The notes beneath the pieces are model-generated. The model saw only the letters and a program-made list of their open reading frames with translations. It searched no databases and was not told the DNA's origin. Both the position numbers and the translations under genes were made by a program. Positions 27,267 through 35,809 of a stretch of DNA of 64,000 bases are shown piece after piece. Origin of the DNA: an uncultured Verrucomicrobiota bacterium (GTDB taxonomy: Bacteria; Verrucomicrobiota; Kiritimatiellia; CAIVKH01); NCBI GenBank assembly GCA_964503335.1, contig CAZCZZ010000003.1, positions 41,384 to 105,383 on the forward strand, read 5' to 3'. Position 1 is the stretch's first letter. Each line of letters opens with the position of its first letter.

Positions 27267-28232
27267 ATGACGGAAAAGACACTTCATTTCGACAATCCGC
27301 GCGAGGCGCAGGATATCTCCGGCAAGCGCGGCGATCTGCTTCCCCGCATTGAAAAGGCTTTCGGCATCCACATCACAGCCCGCGACACGTGGGTGCGCCT
27401 GGAAGGCGAGGCTGAGCCTGTGGAGAAGGCAAACCGGTTCTTCGACCTGCTCCGGCTGGCCCGAAACCAAGGCGTGGTGCTGCGCGAGCATGGGGTGCTT
27501 TTTGCACTGAGGGCGTTTCAGGATGGACGCGAGGACGCGCTCGAACGCCTGTATGCGGACCGGATTGAGGTGGGACAAGGCAAGCCGCCGATTTTCGCCC
27601 GTACCTTCGGCCAGCTCCTCTACCTCGAATCGATCCGGCAAAAGGATTTCGTTTTCGGCATCGGCCCGGCCGGCACCGGCAAGACCTACCTCGCCATGGC
27701 GATGGCGGTCGCTCACCTTCTCCGCGGCGACGTCAGTCGCATCATCCTGACCCGGCCGGCCGTCGAAGCCGGCGAAAAACTCGGCTACCTCCCCGGCGAC
27801 TTCCAGGACAAGGTGCTGCCTTACCTGCGTCCGCTCTACGACGCGATGTACGACATGATGGGACCCGACGACATCGAGCGTCACATGAGCCGTGGCGTCA
27901 TCGAGGTGGCCCCCCTCGCCTACATGCGCGGACGCACGCTGAACCACGCCTTCGTCGTTCTCGACGAGGCGCAGAACACGACGCCGGAGCAGATGAAGAT
28001 GTTCCTGACGCGCATGGGATTCGATTCCAAATGCGTCATCACCGGCGACCTGACACAAGTGGATCTGCCGCCGAACAAGCTCTCCGGCCTCCTCGAAGCC
28101 AAGCGCACGCTGGGCAACATCGAAGGCATCGCGATCATTGAGATGAGCGACGCCGACGTGGTGCGTCACCCGATGGTGCAGCGCATCATCCAGGCCTATC
28201 GCGTCGGACGCGACGAAGCGCAGCGGAAATGA
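27267..28232 (+). CDS. phoH: PhoH-like ATPase.
   Basis: Walker A GPAGTGKTYLAMAMAV and conserved VLDEAQN / ITGDLTQVDLP motifs. ATGA overlap with the ybeY start. Confidence 0.85.
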   Translation: MTEKTLHFDNPREAQDISGKRGDLLPRIEKAFGIHITARDTWVRLEGEAEPVEKANRFFDLLRLARNQGVVLREHGVLFALRAFQDGREDALERLYADRIEVGQGKPPIFARTFGQLLYLESIRQKDFVFGIGPAGTGKTYLAMAMAVAHLLRGDVSRIILTRPAVEAGEKLGYLPGDFQDKVLPYLRPLYDAMYDMMGPDDIERHMSRGVIEVAPLAYMRGRTLNHAFVVLDEAQNTTPEQMKMFLTRMGFDSKCVITGDLTQVDLPPNKLSGLLEAKRTLGNIEGIAIIEMSDADVVRHPMVQRIIQAYRVGRDEAQRK

Positions 28233-28675
28233 AGATCGTCGTCCGCAACGAGCAGCGCGCCTATCGCGCATCAAGCCGGGCCCTCGCGTCGCTCGCGCGC
28301 TGGCTAACCGAACGGGCATCGCTTCAGAAGGATCGCGCCTGGTCCAGCATCACCGTCACCCTCCTCGATGACGCCGCGATGACCGCAAAGAATCGCGAAG
28401 TGTTTGAGAAGGACCACACGACCGACGTCATCACGATGACCTACGCCCCCATTCCCGGCGATCCCCGCTGGCAAGGCGAAGTCTTCGTCAACGCCGACTG
28501 TGCTGTGCGGGAAGGAAAGCGCCGCAAGGGCACGGCCCCCGAACTCGCCCTCTACATCGCCCACGGCATCGATCACCTGACGGGAGCCGATGACACAAAG
28601 CGGACCAACCGCGACCGGATGCGCCGCCGGGAAATGAAGTGGCTTCGCGAAGCGAAGGCGGAAGGGAAGATTTGA
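28229..28675 (+). CDS. ybeY: Endoribonuclease YbeY (rRNA maturation factor).
   Basis: HGIDHLTGADD zinc-binding H3xH5xH motif. 148 aa. Co-directional with phoH, as is typical. Confidence 0.85.
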   Translation: MKIVVRNEQRAYRASSRALASLARWLTERASLQKDRAWSSITVTLLDDAAMTAKNREVFEKDHTTDVITMTYAPIPGDPRWQGEVFVNADCAVREGKRRKGTAPELALYIAHGIDHLTGADDTKRTNRDRMRRREMKWLREAKAEGKI

Positions 28676-28685
28676 GAAGATGCTT

Positions 28686-28810
28686 TGCCCACGGAACACA
28701 CGGAATACACGGAAGGACGAAGAGACTCTTGGGGGGCTGAAAGCTCAGGCAATCGCAAATCTAAAATCGGAAATCGGAAAGTTCCCTCGCTGTCCGTGTG
28801 TTCCGTGGGC
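28686..28810. other. Perfect 17-bp inverted repeat (gcccacggaacacacgg ... ccgtgtgttccgtgggc) flanking a 91-bp AT-richer spacer. The left arm is a triple 9-bp tandem CACGGAANN.
   Basis: Read directly from the sequence, between the ybeY stop and the recO start. Confidence 0.6.
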
Positions 28811-28832
28811 AGAAGCTCTTCATCGCTTATCC

Positions 28833-29639
28833 ATGATTGAAAAGACAGAGGCTATTGCGGTGCGGATGGAGGCGTTTTCGGAGACGTCGCGTATTGTCAC
28901 ATGGACTACGCCGTCGCACGGGCGCATTACCACGATCATCAAGGGGGCGCAGCGGCCCAAGAGCGCGTTTCTCGGCCAGTACGATCTTTTCTACACCTGC
29001 GAGTTGCTCTATTACGTTCGCGACCGGAGCGGCCTACGCATCGCGCGCGAGTGCGCCCCGATCACGATGAGGAACCGGCTGCGCTCCGATTGGAAAGCGT
29101 GCGCCATTGCTTCCTATGCATCCGATCTCACCCAGCGCGTCATGCACGAGGACTCACCGCAGGAAGAGGTCTACACGCATCTGGCGGACACGCTCGATTT
29201 CCTCCAAGCCAATGGATCGAAGAACGGACTCCTGCCGTGGTTTGAGATCCAGTTGCTCACCCTGCTCGGTCTCGCGCCTCGCTTGAAGACGTGCCTCGGC
29301 TGCGGGAAGGACCTTTTGCCGGCCACCGGGCGCGCTCGCTTCTCGCTGTCGCGTGGAGGCACTCTCTGCTCAGCCTGCGCCGGGAACTCCACCGTGGACT
29401 CCATCTCCATCGCGCCTGATGTGCTCGCCATTCTTGCCGGCTGGCAGCGATCAAAGACGGCGCGTGCCGCGGCGACGACCGTTGTCACGCCGCGCCAGGC
29501 GGACGAAATGAATGAGATCCTCGGCGCGTTTCTCGTCTATCACCTCGATATAGTCCTGCCCGGACGGAGCGCCTGTCTCGACATCCTTCGCAGGGCCTCG
29601 GCTGGGAAAAGTCTTGAGTCACCCCAACGCGGCTCGTAG
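28833..29639 (+). CDS. recO: DNA repair protein RecO.
   Basis: N-terminal OB-fold region (MIEKTEAIAVRMEAFSETSRIV...). Zinc-finger CLGCG...CSAC. The ORF track extends upstream to 28680 through the inverted repeat. Confidence 0.75.
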   Translation: MIEKTEAIAVRMEAFSETSRIVTWTTPSHGRITTIIKGAQRPKSAFLGQYDLFYTCELLYYVRDRSGLRIARECAPITMRNRLRSDWKACAIASYASDLTQRVMHEDSPQEEVYTHLADTLDFLQANGSKNGLLPWFEIQLLTLLGLAPRLKTCLGCGKDLLPATGRARFSLSRGGTLCSACAGNSTVDSISIAPDVLAILAGWQRSKTARAAATTVVTPRQADEMNEILGAFLVYHLDIVLPGRSACLDILRRASAGKSLESPQRGS

Positions 29640-29648
29640 CCTTTCAAC

Positions 29649-30902
29649 ATGTCCCCCACACCCGCTGTGTACCAGTTGCTGCGGTTCCTGCGTAACGCAG
29701 CCCGCGTTGTGGCGATTATTGTCATCGCGATGGTGCTGGTCGAATTCGTGCGCATCGGGCTCCTCCTCCACAGGGCAAATCCCGTTTTCGTCTACGTCTA
29801 TGCCGGAATGATGGCTGTTCTCGCCATCTATGTGGCGATCCGGCTTCTGGCTTACCTCGCGGATCGCAATACCCTCAAGGCGCCGTGGATGCCCGGGACA
29901 GCATGGGACTTCAGGGACTACAAGGCGCAGTGCAAGTACCTGGTTGCCGTCCTGAAGCGCATGTCGCGCCTGGATCACCTGGATTCGGAAGCGCGGAAGA
30001 GCCTTCGCCAGAGCGCGTACGACGTCGAAGAAACCCTCGGCCACCACCCATTGCGGGAGGACCTTGCACGTCTCGTTGAGAAGGCGGAAGACAAGTATAT
30101 CGGCGAAATCCATGATGTCCTGCGCGCGAATGCCCATCTCTACATTCGCGACAGGATGAAATCCGTGGTCGAATACGCCGTCGAACCACCGTTCCCCGTG
30201 ATCAATCCGTTCGTGGTGCTCTACTCGCAGGTGGTCATGGTCACCCGCATCGTGGACCTCTACGTGGCACGGCCCGCTCTCTTCGAGTACTACATCGTCC
30301 TGCGCGACGTATTCCGCGTCATCACCGAAGGCAACTTCTTCAAGCTCGGCCAGCGTCTTTTCGAGGGCGTCTATGCCAACAGTCCGCCGATGGGCAACGC
30401 GATCGACGATCTCGGCCAGGCGCTTACCTCGATCTGGCTGACCCGGACGGTCGGCGAGGCCGCGATCCAGCGTTGCGAAGCGTTGACCCCGTGGACCAGC
30501 GAAGGCGCCATTGCCGAACTGGAAGCGCAAGCCGTCCCCTGTCTTACCGAAACAAAGGAATGCCTCGTCAACGATGCCTTGCCGACGCTTCGCCTCCGCA
30601 TCCGCCATTCCGCGCCGATAGGCGTCCAGGACGTCGCCGGCTTCAGCGAATCGATCACCAGCGGAATCGCGAAGGCCGTGGATACCGTGGTGAAAGTCGT
30701 CGCCAGCCAGTCGCCGGAGACCGCCATTGCGACCGCGCGTCGTACGCATTCGGATTCCTCCCCGTCCTGGGCCAGCGAACACCACGGAGTCGTCAAGCGC
30801 GTACGCCGTCGCCGCCACTCCTCCGACTCGCGTGTCTTTCGTGTTTTCAAGACCTTCGGCCAGCGCGTGAAATACTCCGTGATGGGCCGGCCCAAAGAAT
30901 GA
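29649..30902 (+). CDS. Hypothetical membrane protein (two N-terminal TM helices, large cytoplasmic helical domain, C-terminal Arg/Ser-rich tail).
   Basis: TM helices VAIIVIAMVLVEFVRIGLLL and VYVYAGMMAVLAIYVAIRLL. No confident family; possibly DUF697/YcjF-like. Confidence 0.4.
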   Translation: MSPTPAVYQLLRFLRNAARVVAIIVIAMVLVEFVRIGLLLHRANPVFVYVYAGMMAVLAIYVAIRLLAYLADRNTLKAPWMPGTAWDFRDYKAQCKYLVAVLKRMSRLDHLDSEARKSLRQSAYDVEETLGHHPLREDLARLVEKAEDKYIGEIHDVLRANAHLYIRDRMKSVVEYAVEPPFPVINPFVVLYSQVVMVTRIVDLYVARPALFEYYIVLRDVFRVITEGNFFKLGQRLFEGVYANSPPMGNAIDDLGQALTSIWLTRTVGEAAIQRCEALTPWTSEGAIAELEAQAVPCLTETKECLVNDALPTLRLRIRHSAPIGVQDVAGFSESITSGIAKAVDTVVKVVASQSPETAIATARRTHSDSSPSWASEHHGVVKRVRRRRHSSDSRVFRVFKTFGQRVKYSVMGRPKE

Positions 30903-30924
30903 TTTGTTGTCCCCCTCCCCATCC

Positions 30925-33051
30925 ATGAATCAGCCCACTGCCCCGACCGAATCCCCATCCAGCGCCCAGCGCAACGGCCACCTTCGTCCAAGCGTACCGA
31001 TTCCTGTTCCTTACGGTGCGCATGTGGTGAAGGACGGCGTGCAGTTCACGCTCTTCTCGCGGTCCGCCACGCGCGTCTGGCTGATGATCTTTGACCAGGC
31101 GGACGCGGCCGCGCCGATTGAGGAATTCGAACTGACTCCGCGCCAGAACCGCATCGGCGATGTCTGGCACATCCATCTGCGGCGGGTGAAAGCCGGCCAG
31201 TTCTACCTGTACCGCCTCGAGGGCCAGGCGCCCAAGGGCCACAAGAACTACTTCGATCCCGACCAATGGGTGCTCGATCCGTATGCCCTCGCGGTCTCGC
31301 GTCCCGGAGGATGGGGCGACAATGCGGGCCTTGAACCCGGCTTCCACGTCAAGAGCGGCCCAGCCTTCCCCAAGGGCATCATCGTCAACGACGAGTTCGA
31401 CTGGACCGGCGATCACATGCCGAACATTCCGCTCAGCGAAACGGTGATCTATGAAGCGCATCTGCGCGGCTACACCGCCCACGCCTCGTCGCGCGTGAGT
31501 ATGCCGGGCACGTTCCGCGGCTTCCGCGACAAGATCCCCTACCTCGTGAAGCTCGGCGTCACGGCGGTGGAGCTGCTGCCGATCCAGGAGTTCAACGAGC
31601 TCGAGTACTACCAGGAGAACATCAAGCGGACACACCTGCGCAACTTCTGGGGCTACAGCACCCTCGCCTTCTTCGCGCCGAACGGACGCTATGCCGACAA
31701 TGCGCCGGGCCAGCAGGTGCGCGAGTTCAAGAAGCTCGTCATGGCGCTACACCGCGCAGGCATCGAAGTGATCATGGACGTCGTCTTCAACCACACCGCC
31801 GAGGGCGGCGATGGCGGGCCGACCTACTCCTTCCGCGGCATCGACAACTCCATCTACTACATGATGGACGAGAAGGGTAAGCACTACGTCAATTACTCCG
31901 GCTGCGGGAACACGGTGAACAGCAACCACCCGATTGTCCGCGACTTCATCCTCGACTGCCTGCGCTACTGGGTGCTTCACATGCATGTGGACGGATTCCG
32001 TTTCGACCTCGCCTCCGTCCTCACGCGCGGCCGGAATGGCGAGCTGCTGCCGAATCCGCCCATCGTCGAGCACATCGCCGAGGACCCCGCCTTGCGCCAC
32101 ACGAAGATCATCGCCGAGGCATGGGACGCCGCCGGCACGTACCAGGTGGGCTCCTTCCCCAGCGAGCGCTGGTCGGAATGGAACGGACGATTCCGCGACG
32201 ACGTGCGCCGGTTCTGGTCTGGCGAACGCGGCACGATGGGAGCCTTTGCGACACGCATCTGCGGCAGCTCCGATCTCTACAACAAGAACGGTCAAACGCC
32301 GCTGAAGAGCATCAATTTCGTCACCAGCCACGATGGCTTCACGCTCAACGACCTCGTCTCCTACGCCGTGAAGCACAACGAGGCGAACAACGAGGGCAAT
32401 CGCGACGGCGACAACCAGAACTTCAGCGCGAACCACGGCGCGGAAGGGGTCACGAACGACCATGCGATCAACACCATCCGGTATCGCCAGCAGAAGAATC
32501 TCCTGGCCACGCTCTTCCTCGCGCAGGGCGTTCCGATGCTGCTGGCAGGTGATGAATTTTCGCGCTCACAGGGCGGGAACAACAATGCGTACTGCCAGGA
32601 CAACGAGACGTCATGGGTCGATTGGTCGCTCGCGCTGAAGCACAACAACCTGCTCGAATTCACGCGGTTCCTTATCGCATTCCGGCGCCAGCACCCCACC
32701 CTGCGCCGTCATTTGTTCTTCACCGGCAATAGTCAGGGCTCCGGTGGCAAAGCAGACATCCGCTGGTTCGGCCCGCACGGCAACGATCCGGACTGGAATG
32801 GCGGACTTTCACTCGCCTGCTTCATTGACGGTCATGCCAGCCTCTCCGGCGCGACGCATGACGCCCCGAGCCTGTTCCTGATTTTCAACGCAGACCAGAA
32901 CACGGAAAAGTTCAACCTGCCGGATCACCCCGGCAAACCCTGGCATCTGGAATTTGTGACACAGGACGAGAAGCTAACCTGGGAAAAGGGCCACCGCTCC
33001 GTCCAGGTGCTGGGCCGCACCGTCGCCGTCTTCTCTTCCGAGGTCCTATAG
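30925..33051 (+). CDS. glgX: Glycogen debranching enzyme (isoamylase, GH13).
   Basis: GH13 catalytic regions DVVFNHTAEGG, GFRFDLASVL and EAWD. GlgX-like N-terminal CBM48 region. The ORF track start at 30904 is an alternative. Confidence 0.85.
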   Translation: MNQPTAPTESPSSAQRNGHLRPSVPIPVPYGAHVVKDGVQFTLFSRSATRVWLMIFDQADAAAPIEEFELTPRQNRIGDVWHIHLRRVKAGQFYLYRLEGQAPKGHKNYFDPDQWVLDPYALAVSRPGGWGDNAGLEPGFHVKSGPAFPKGIIVNDEFDWTGDHMPNIPLSETVIYEAHLRGYTAHASSRVSMPGTFRGFRDKIPYLVKLGVTAVELLPIQEFNELEYYQENIKRTHLRNFWGYSTLAFFAPNGRYADNAPGQQVREFKKLVMALHRAGIEVIMDVVFNHTAEGGDGGPTYSFRGIDNSIYYMMDEKGKHYVNYSGCGNTVNSNHPIVRDFILDCLRYWVLHMHVDGFRFDLASVLTRGRNGELLPNPPIVEHIAEDPALRHTKIIAEAWDAAGTYQVGSFPSERWSEWNGRFRDDVRRFWSGERGTMGAFATRICGSSDLYNKNGQTPLKSINFVTSHDGFTLNDLVSYAVKHNEANNEGNRDGDNQNFSANHGAEGVTNDHAINTIRYRQQKNLLATLFLAQGVPMLLAGDEFSRSQGGNNNAYCQDNETSWVDWSLALKHNNLLEFTRFLIAFRRQHPTLRRHLFFTGNSQGSGGKADIRWFGPHGNDPDWNGGLSLACFIDGHASLSGATHDAPSLFLIFNADQNTEKFNLPDHPGKPWHLEFVTQDEKLTWEKGHRSVQVLGRTVAVFSSEVL

Positions 33052-33235
33052 GGGCGTCGCTTGCAACGCCTCTACGCCGGACATTGAACTAACCGCAGAG
33101 TCGCAGAGGACGCGGTGAAGAAGCTTTTCAGGAACTCACGAAATCAGAAGAGGCCGGATTCGTTTCCGGTTCCCGAGTCCATGAGTTCCAAATTGAATCT
33201 GTCTTCTCCGGGTCCTATGCGGTGAATCCTTCGGC

Positions 33236-35728
33236 CTAGACTGCCCGCCGGCGCTGGCCTGCGATCCCGACGAGGGCGAAGAGGCAGGCTGTAAGGCCTG
33301 CGGCTTGCGGAATCAGGGACACCCGGCTCGGCGCGTAGTGGAGAATGACTTCGTGGAGACCGGCGTCCACGTAGACCCCTTGGAAGAGATAATCGCAGCG
33401 ACGCACGGCCGTTTCCACGCCATCCACCCTTGCTTTCCAATCCGGGCTGAACTTGTCGGCGATGCGCAGCATGGCCGGGCGGTCGGCAGAAACGCCGAGC
33501 ACCACACGGCCCGGCCGATAGGCTTTGACGGTTACCGTGCCCGCAGGTCCCAAGCCGTTCCCGACCGGAAGTCCCTCGCTGGTGGTCGGGGACACAGTGA
33601 CCTTCTCGAAAAGCGGCATGGTAGCGTCGGTGAGTCGTCGCAACGCCTCTGAGTCCTCCGCGACATCCCAACCCGCGATCAACCGGAAGCGGCCCGGCGG
33701 CGCAGCGCTGCGGAGGATGCCGTGCTGGCCTGGCTGACGCTCCGTCGCGGGGATTACGTTCACACCCCCGCCGGGCGTACCGGTGACATTAAACGCGAGG
33801 ACAGGCGTATAGAGTCCCTTGAAGCGCGGGTCCGCACCAACCTGCTGGAGAATCTGGCCGGGGCCGACAAGGTGGCTCACGGCGCAGAGCGGCCACATAC
33901 GTTCGGGCTGATTCTGCATCGCGCCGAGGAACTGCTTATAGTCATCCGGCATGCGCATCTGCGTCACATTGAAAGCCGGCAATTGGTGATACGGGAATAG
34001 ATAGGTCAGCCAGAGATTGTAGAAGCCGCTCTGCTGCAGCAGATAGGGGCGTCCGTGATCACGCTGGGCCGCGAGGGTCTTCACCACCTCGTTCTCGTCG
34101 ATGAACCCCTTCGCCTCCATCGTCTTCACGTAGTGGCGGCTCACCACGAGCAGGTCCAACGCCATCACCACGGCACAGACCCAGGGCGCAAAGGTGCGGA
34201 CGCTACCGCTGCGGCTGCCAAGCGAGAGCATGATCACGATGAAAGCGCCGGCGAACAGCGTCAACACAGCCCCGTGGGTGAGCCCACCCACCATGTTGCT
34301 GACGATGACAGGAGCTGCCTGCCCCCAGCCCTCGCGGTTGAAGCGACCGACCGCCTCGGGCGTCGATGAAGCGAGTCCTGCGGCCCAGAGCGCGAGGAGG
34401 AGTCCGAAGCCGAGCACAGCGTAGGCGTACTTGCGGAGCGCGCGCTTCGTTTCATCAGTCGCCGCGAGGAACAGGGCGTGGACGCCATACGCCGCGAGGA
34501 TCGCCCACGCCATCTGCGCCACCTGCATGAACTTCACGGGATTGCGGATCGAGCTCATGCCGGGCAGATAGTAGAAGAGCCTGTAGAGCGGGAAGAATTT
34601 ACCGAGGGCCAGCAGGTAGGTCACAAGGGCCACGGCTCCCCAGAACAGGATCTCGCGGCGCGGCAATCGGGCGTCACGCTGCGAGGAGAACGCGGCAAAC
34701 AGTGCGAGGAAACCGAGCACCATCGGGATGGCGCCCATGTAGAGCGTCTCCAACTTGAAGTTCTGGAAACCCTGCTTCGTCCTGTCCCACTCCGCCGAAC
34801 GGCCCATGCGGCCCCAATAGGGCCCTTCGGGTTCACCTGATCGCCAGCCCATGTATCCGGGTGCAATGAACTCGATCGACTCCTCCGGCGGCCAACTCCA
34901 CTGCGTACAGTAGTCCCAGTTGGCATCCCCGCCTTCCTCGACAATCCCCGCATCGCTCCGGTCGAGGGCGTAAATGGACTGCGCCATCAGGATGGGCCGG
35001 GCTGCAAGGGCACCCGCAACGAGTCCCATGGGCACAAGTATCCTCAGGTATGTGCCGAAATCCTTCCCGTGGTCCCGCCATAGCGCGAAGAGGACATAAG
35101 GCCCGATACCGAGCGCAAAGAACAGCCCCACATCCGCCTGCTCAATGATCATCGAGCCCACGGCAGCGCCGGCGAGAATCGCATAGGCTACACTCCTGCG
35201 CTGAACAGCCAGCTCGATAAGCGGAAGTGCCAAGCCGGCGAACGCCACCACACCAAACTTCCCCAGATGCCCCGCATAGATAAGGAAGAACGTGCTGCCG
35301 AACCAGCAGAAGGTCATCCCCGCAATGATCGAGGTGGTCGTGGAAAGCCCGCGCATTCGGAGAAAAGAAAACAGACCCAGGCTCGCAATAAAGAGATCTA
35401 TGGCATGAATCCAATTCGAGTAGAACCGAAGAGGCAGGATCCAGAGCAGCACATTCGACCAGGAGATGTTGACGATCTCTGGAGTTCCCACCAGCACGGT
35501 GTCGAACCACCACCCCAGGAACGAAAACGGCAATGCACTTTCACGGTAGGCAAGAGCACCGATATTGTCATCCGTCGTCAGGAGCAGTTGCCCTGGTACA
35601 AGGACCGCGCGAAAGACCAGCAGAGCCAACACGGTGAAGAATACGACAACCTTCAGTGTACTCCGCTGTTCGTCAGGCTCCACGGCCTGTTTCGCAGTCA
35701 AAGAAGAAACGCTTGAAGCTAGCTTCAT
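33236..35728 (-). CDS. Large polytopic membrane protein, YfhO-like / GT-C-fold-like (~830 aa).
   Basis: More than 10 N-terminal TM helices, a large C-terminal soluble domain and a final C-terminal TM helix (LTACLFALVGIAG), which is YfhO-family architecture. ATG at 35728; the ORF track extends to 35836. Confidence 0.45.
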   Translation of the reverse strand: MKLASSVSSLTAKQAVEPDEQRSTLKVVVFFTVLALLVFRAVLVPGQLLLTTDDNIGALAYRESALPFSFLGWWFDTVLVGTPEIVNISWSNVLLWILPLRFYSNWIHAIDLFIASLGLFSFLRMRGLSTTTSIIAGMTFCWFGSTFFLIYAGHLGKFGVVAFAGLALPLIELAVQRRSVAYAILAGAAVGSMIIEQADVGLFFALGIGPYVLFALWRDHGKDFGTYLRILVPMGLVAGALAARPILMAQSIYALDRSDAGIVEEGGDANWDYCTQWSWPPEESIEFIAPGYMGWRSGEPEGPYWGRMGRSAEWDRTKQGFQNFKLETLYMGAIPMVLGFLALFAAFSSQRDARLPRREILFWGAVALVTYLLALGKFFPLYRLFYYLPGMSSIRNPVKFMQVAQMAWAILAAYGVHALFLAATDETKRALRKYAYAVLGFGLLLALWAAGLASSTPEAVGRFNREGWGQAAPVIVSNMVGGLTHGAVLTLFAGAFIVIMLSLGSRSGSVRTFAPWVCAVVMALDLLVVSRHYVKTMEAKGFIDENEVVKTLAAQRDHGRPYLLQQSGFYNLWLTYLFPYHQLPAFNVTQMRMPDDYKQFLGAMQNQPERMWPLCAVSHLVGPGQILQQVGADPRFKGLYTPVLAFNVTGTPGGGVNVIPATERQPGQHGILRSAAPPGRFRLIAGWDVAEDSEALRRLTDATMPLFEKVTVSPTTSEGLPVGNGLGPAGTVTVKAYRPGRVVLGVSADRPAMLRIADKFSPDWKARVDGVETAVRRCDYLFQGVYVDAGLHEVILHYAPSRVSLIPQAAGLTACLFALVGIAGQRRRAV

Positions 35729-35809
35729 ATGGCTGCGAAGCGTAGAGGCGCGCTCCTCAAGGGGCAAAAACAATTTACACTGAATGTCACAACCAGATAG
35801 GCTCGCAAA

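Noticed and set aside
27207-28319. 370-aa minus-strand ORF
   Set aside because: Antisense to phoH and ybeY, which carry unmistakable Walker A and H3xH5xH motifs.
29619-30926. 435-aa minus-strand ORF
   Set aside because: Antisense to the membrane protein 29649..30902. No motifs. GC-driven open frame.
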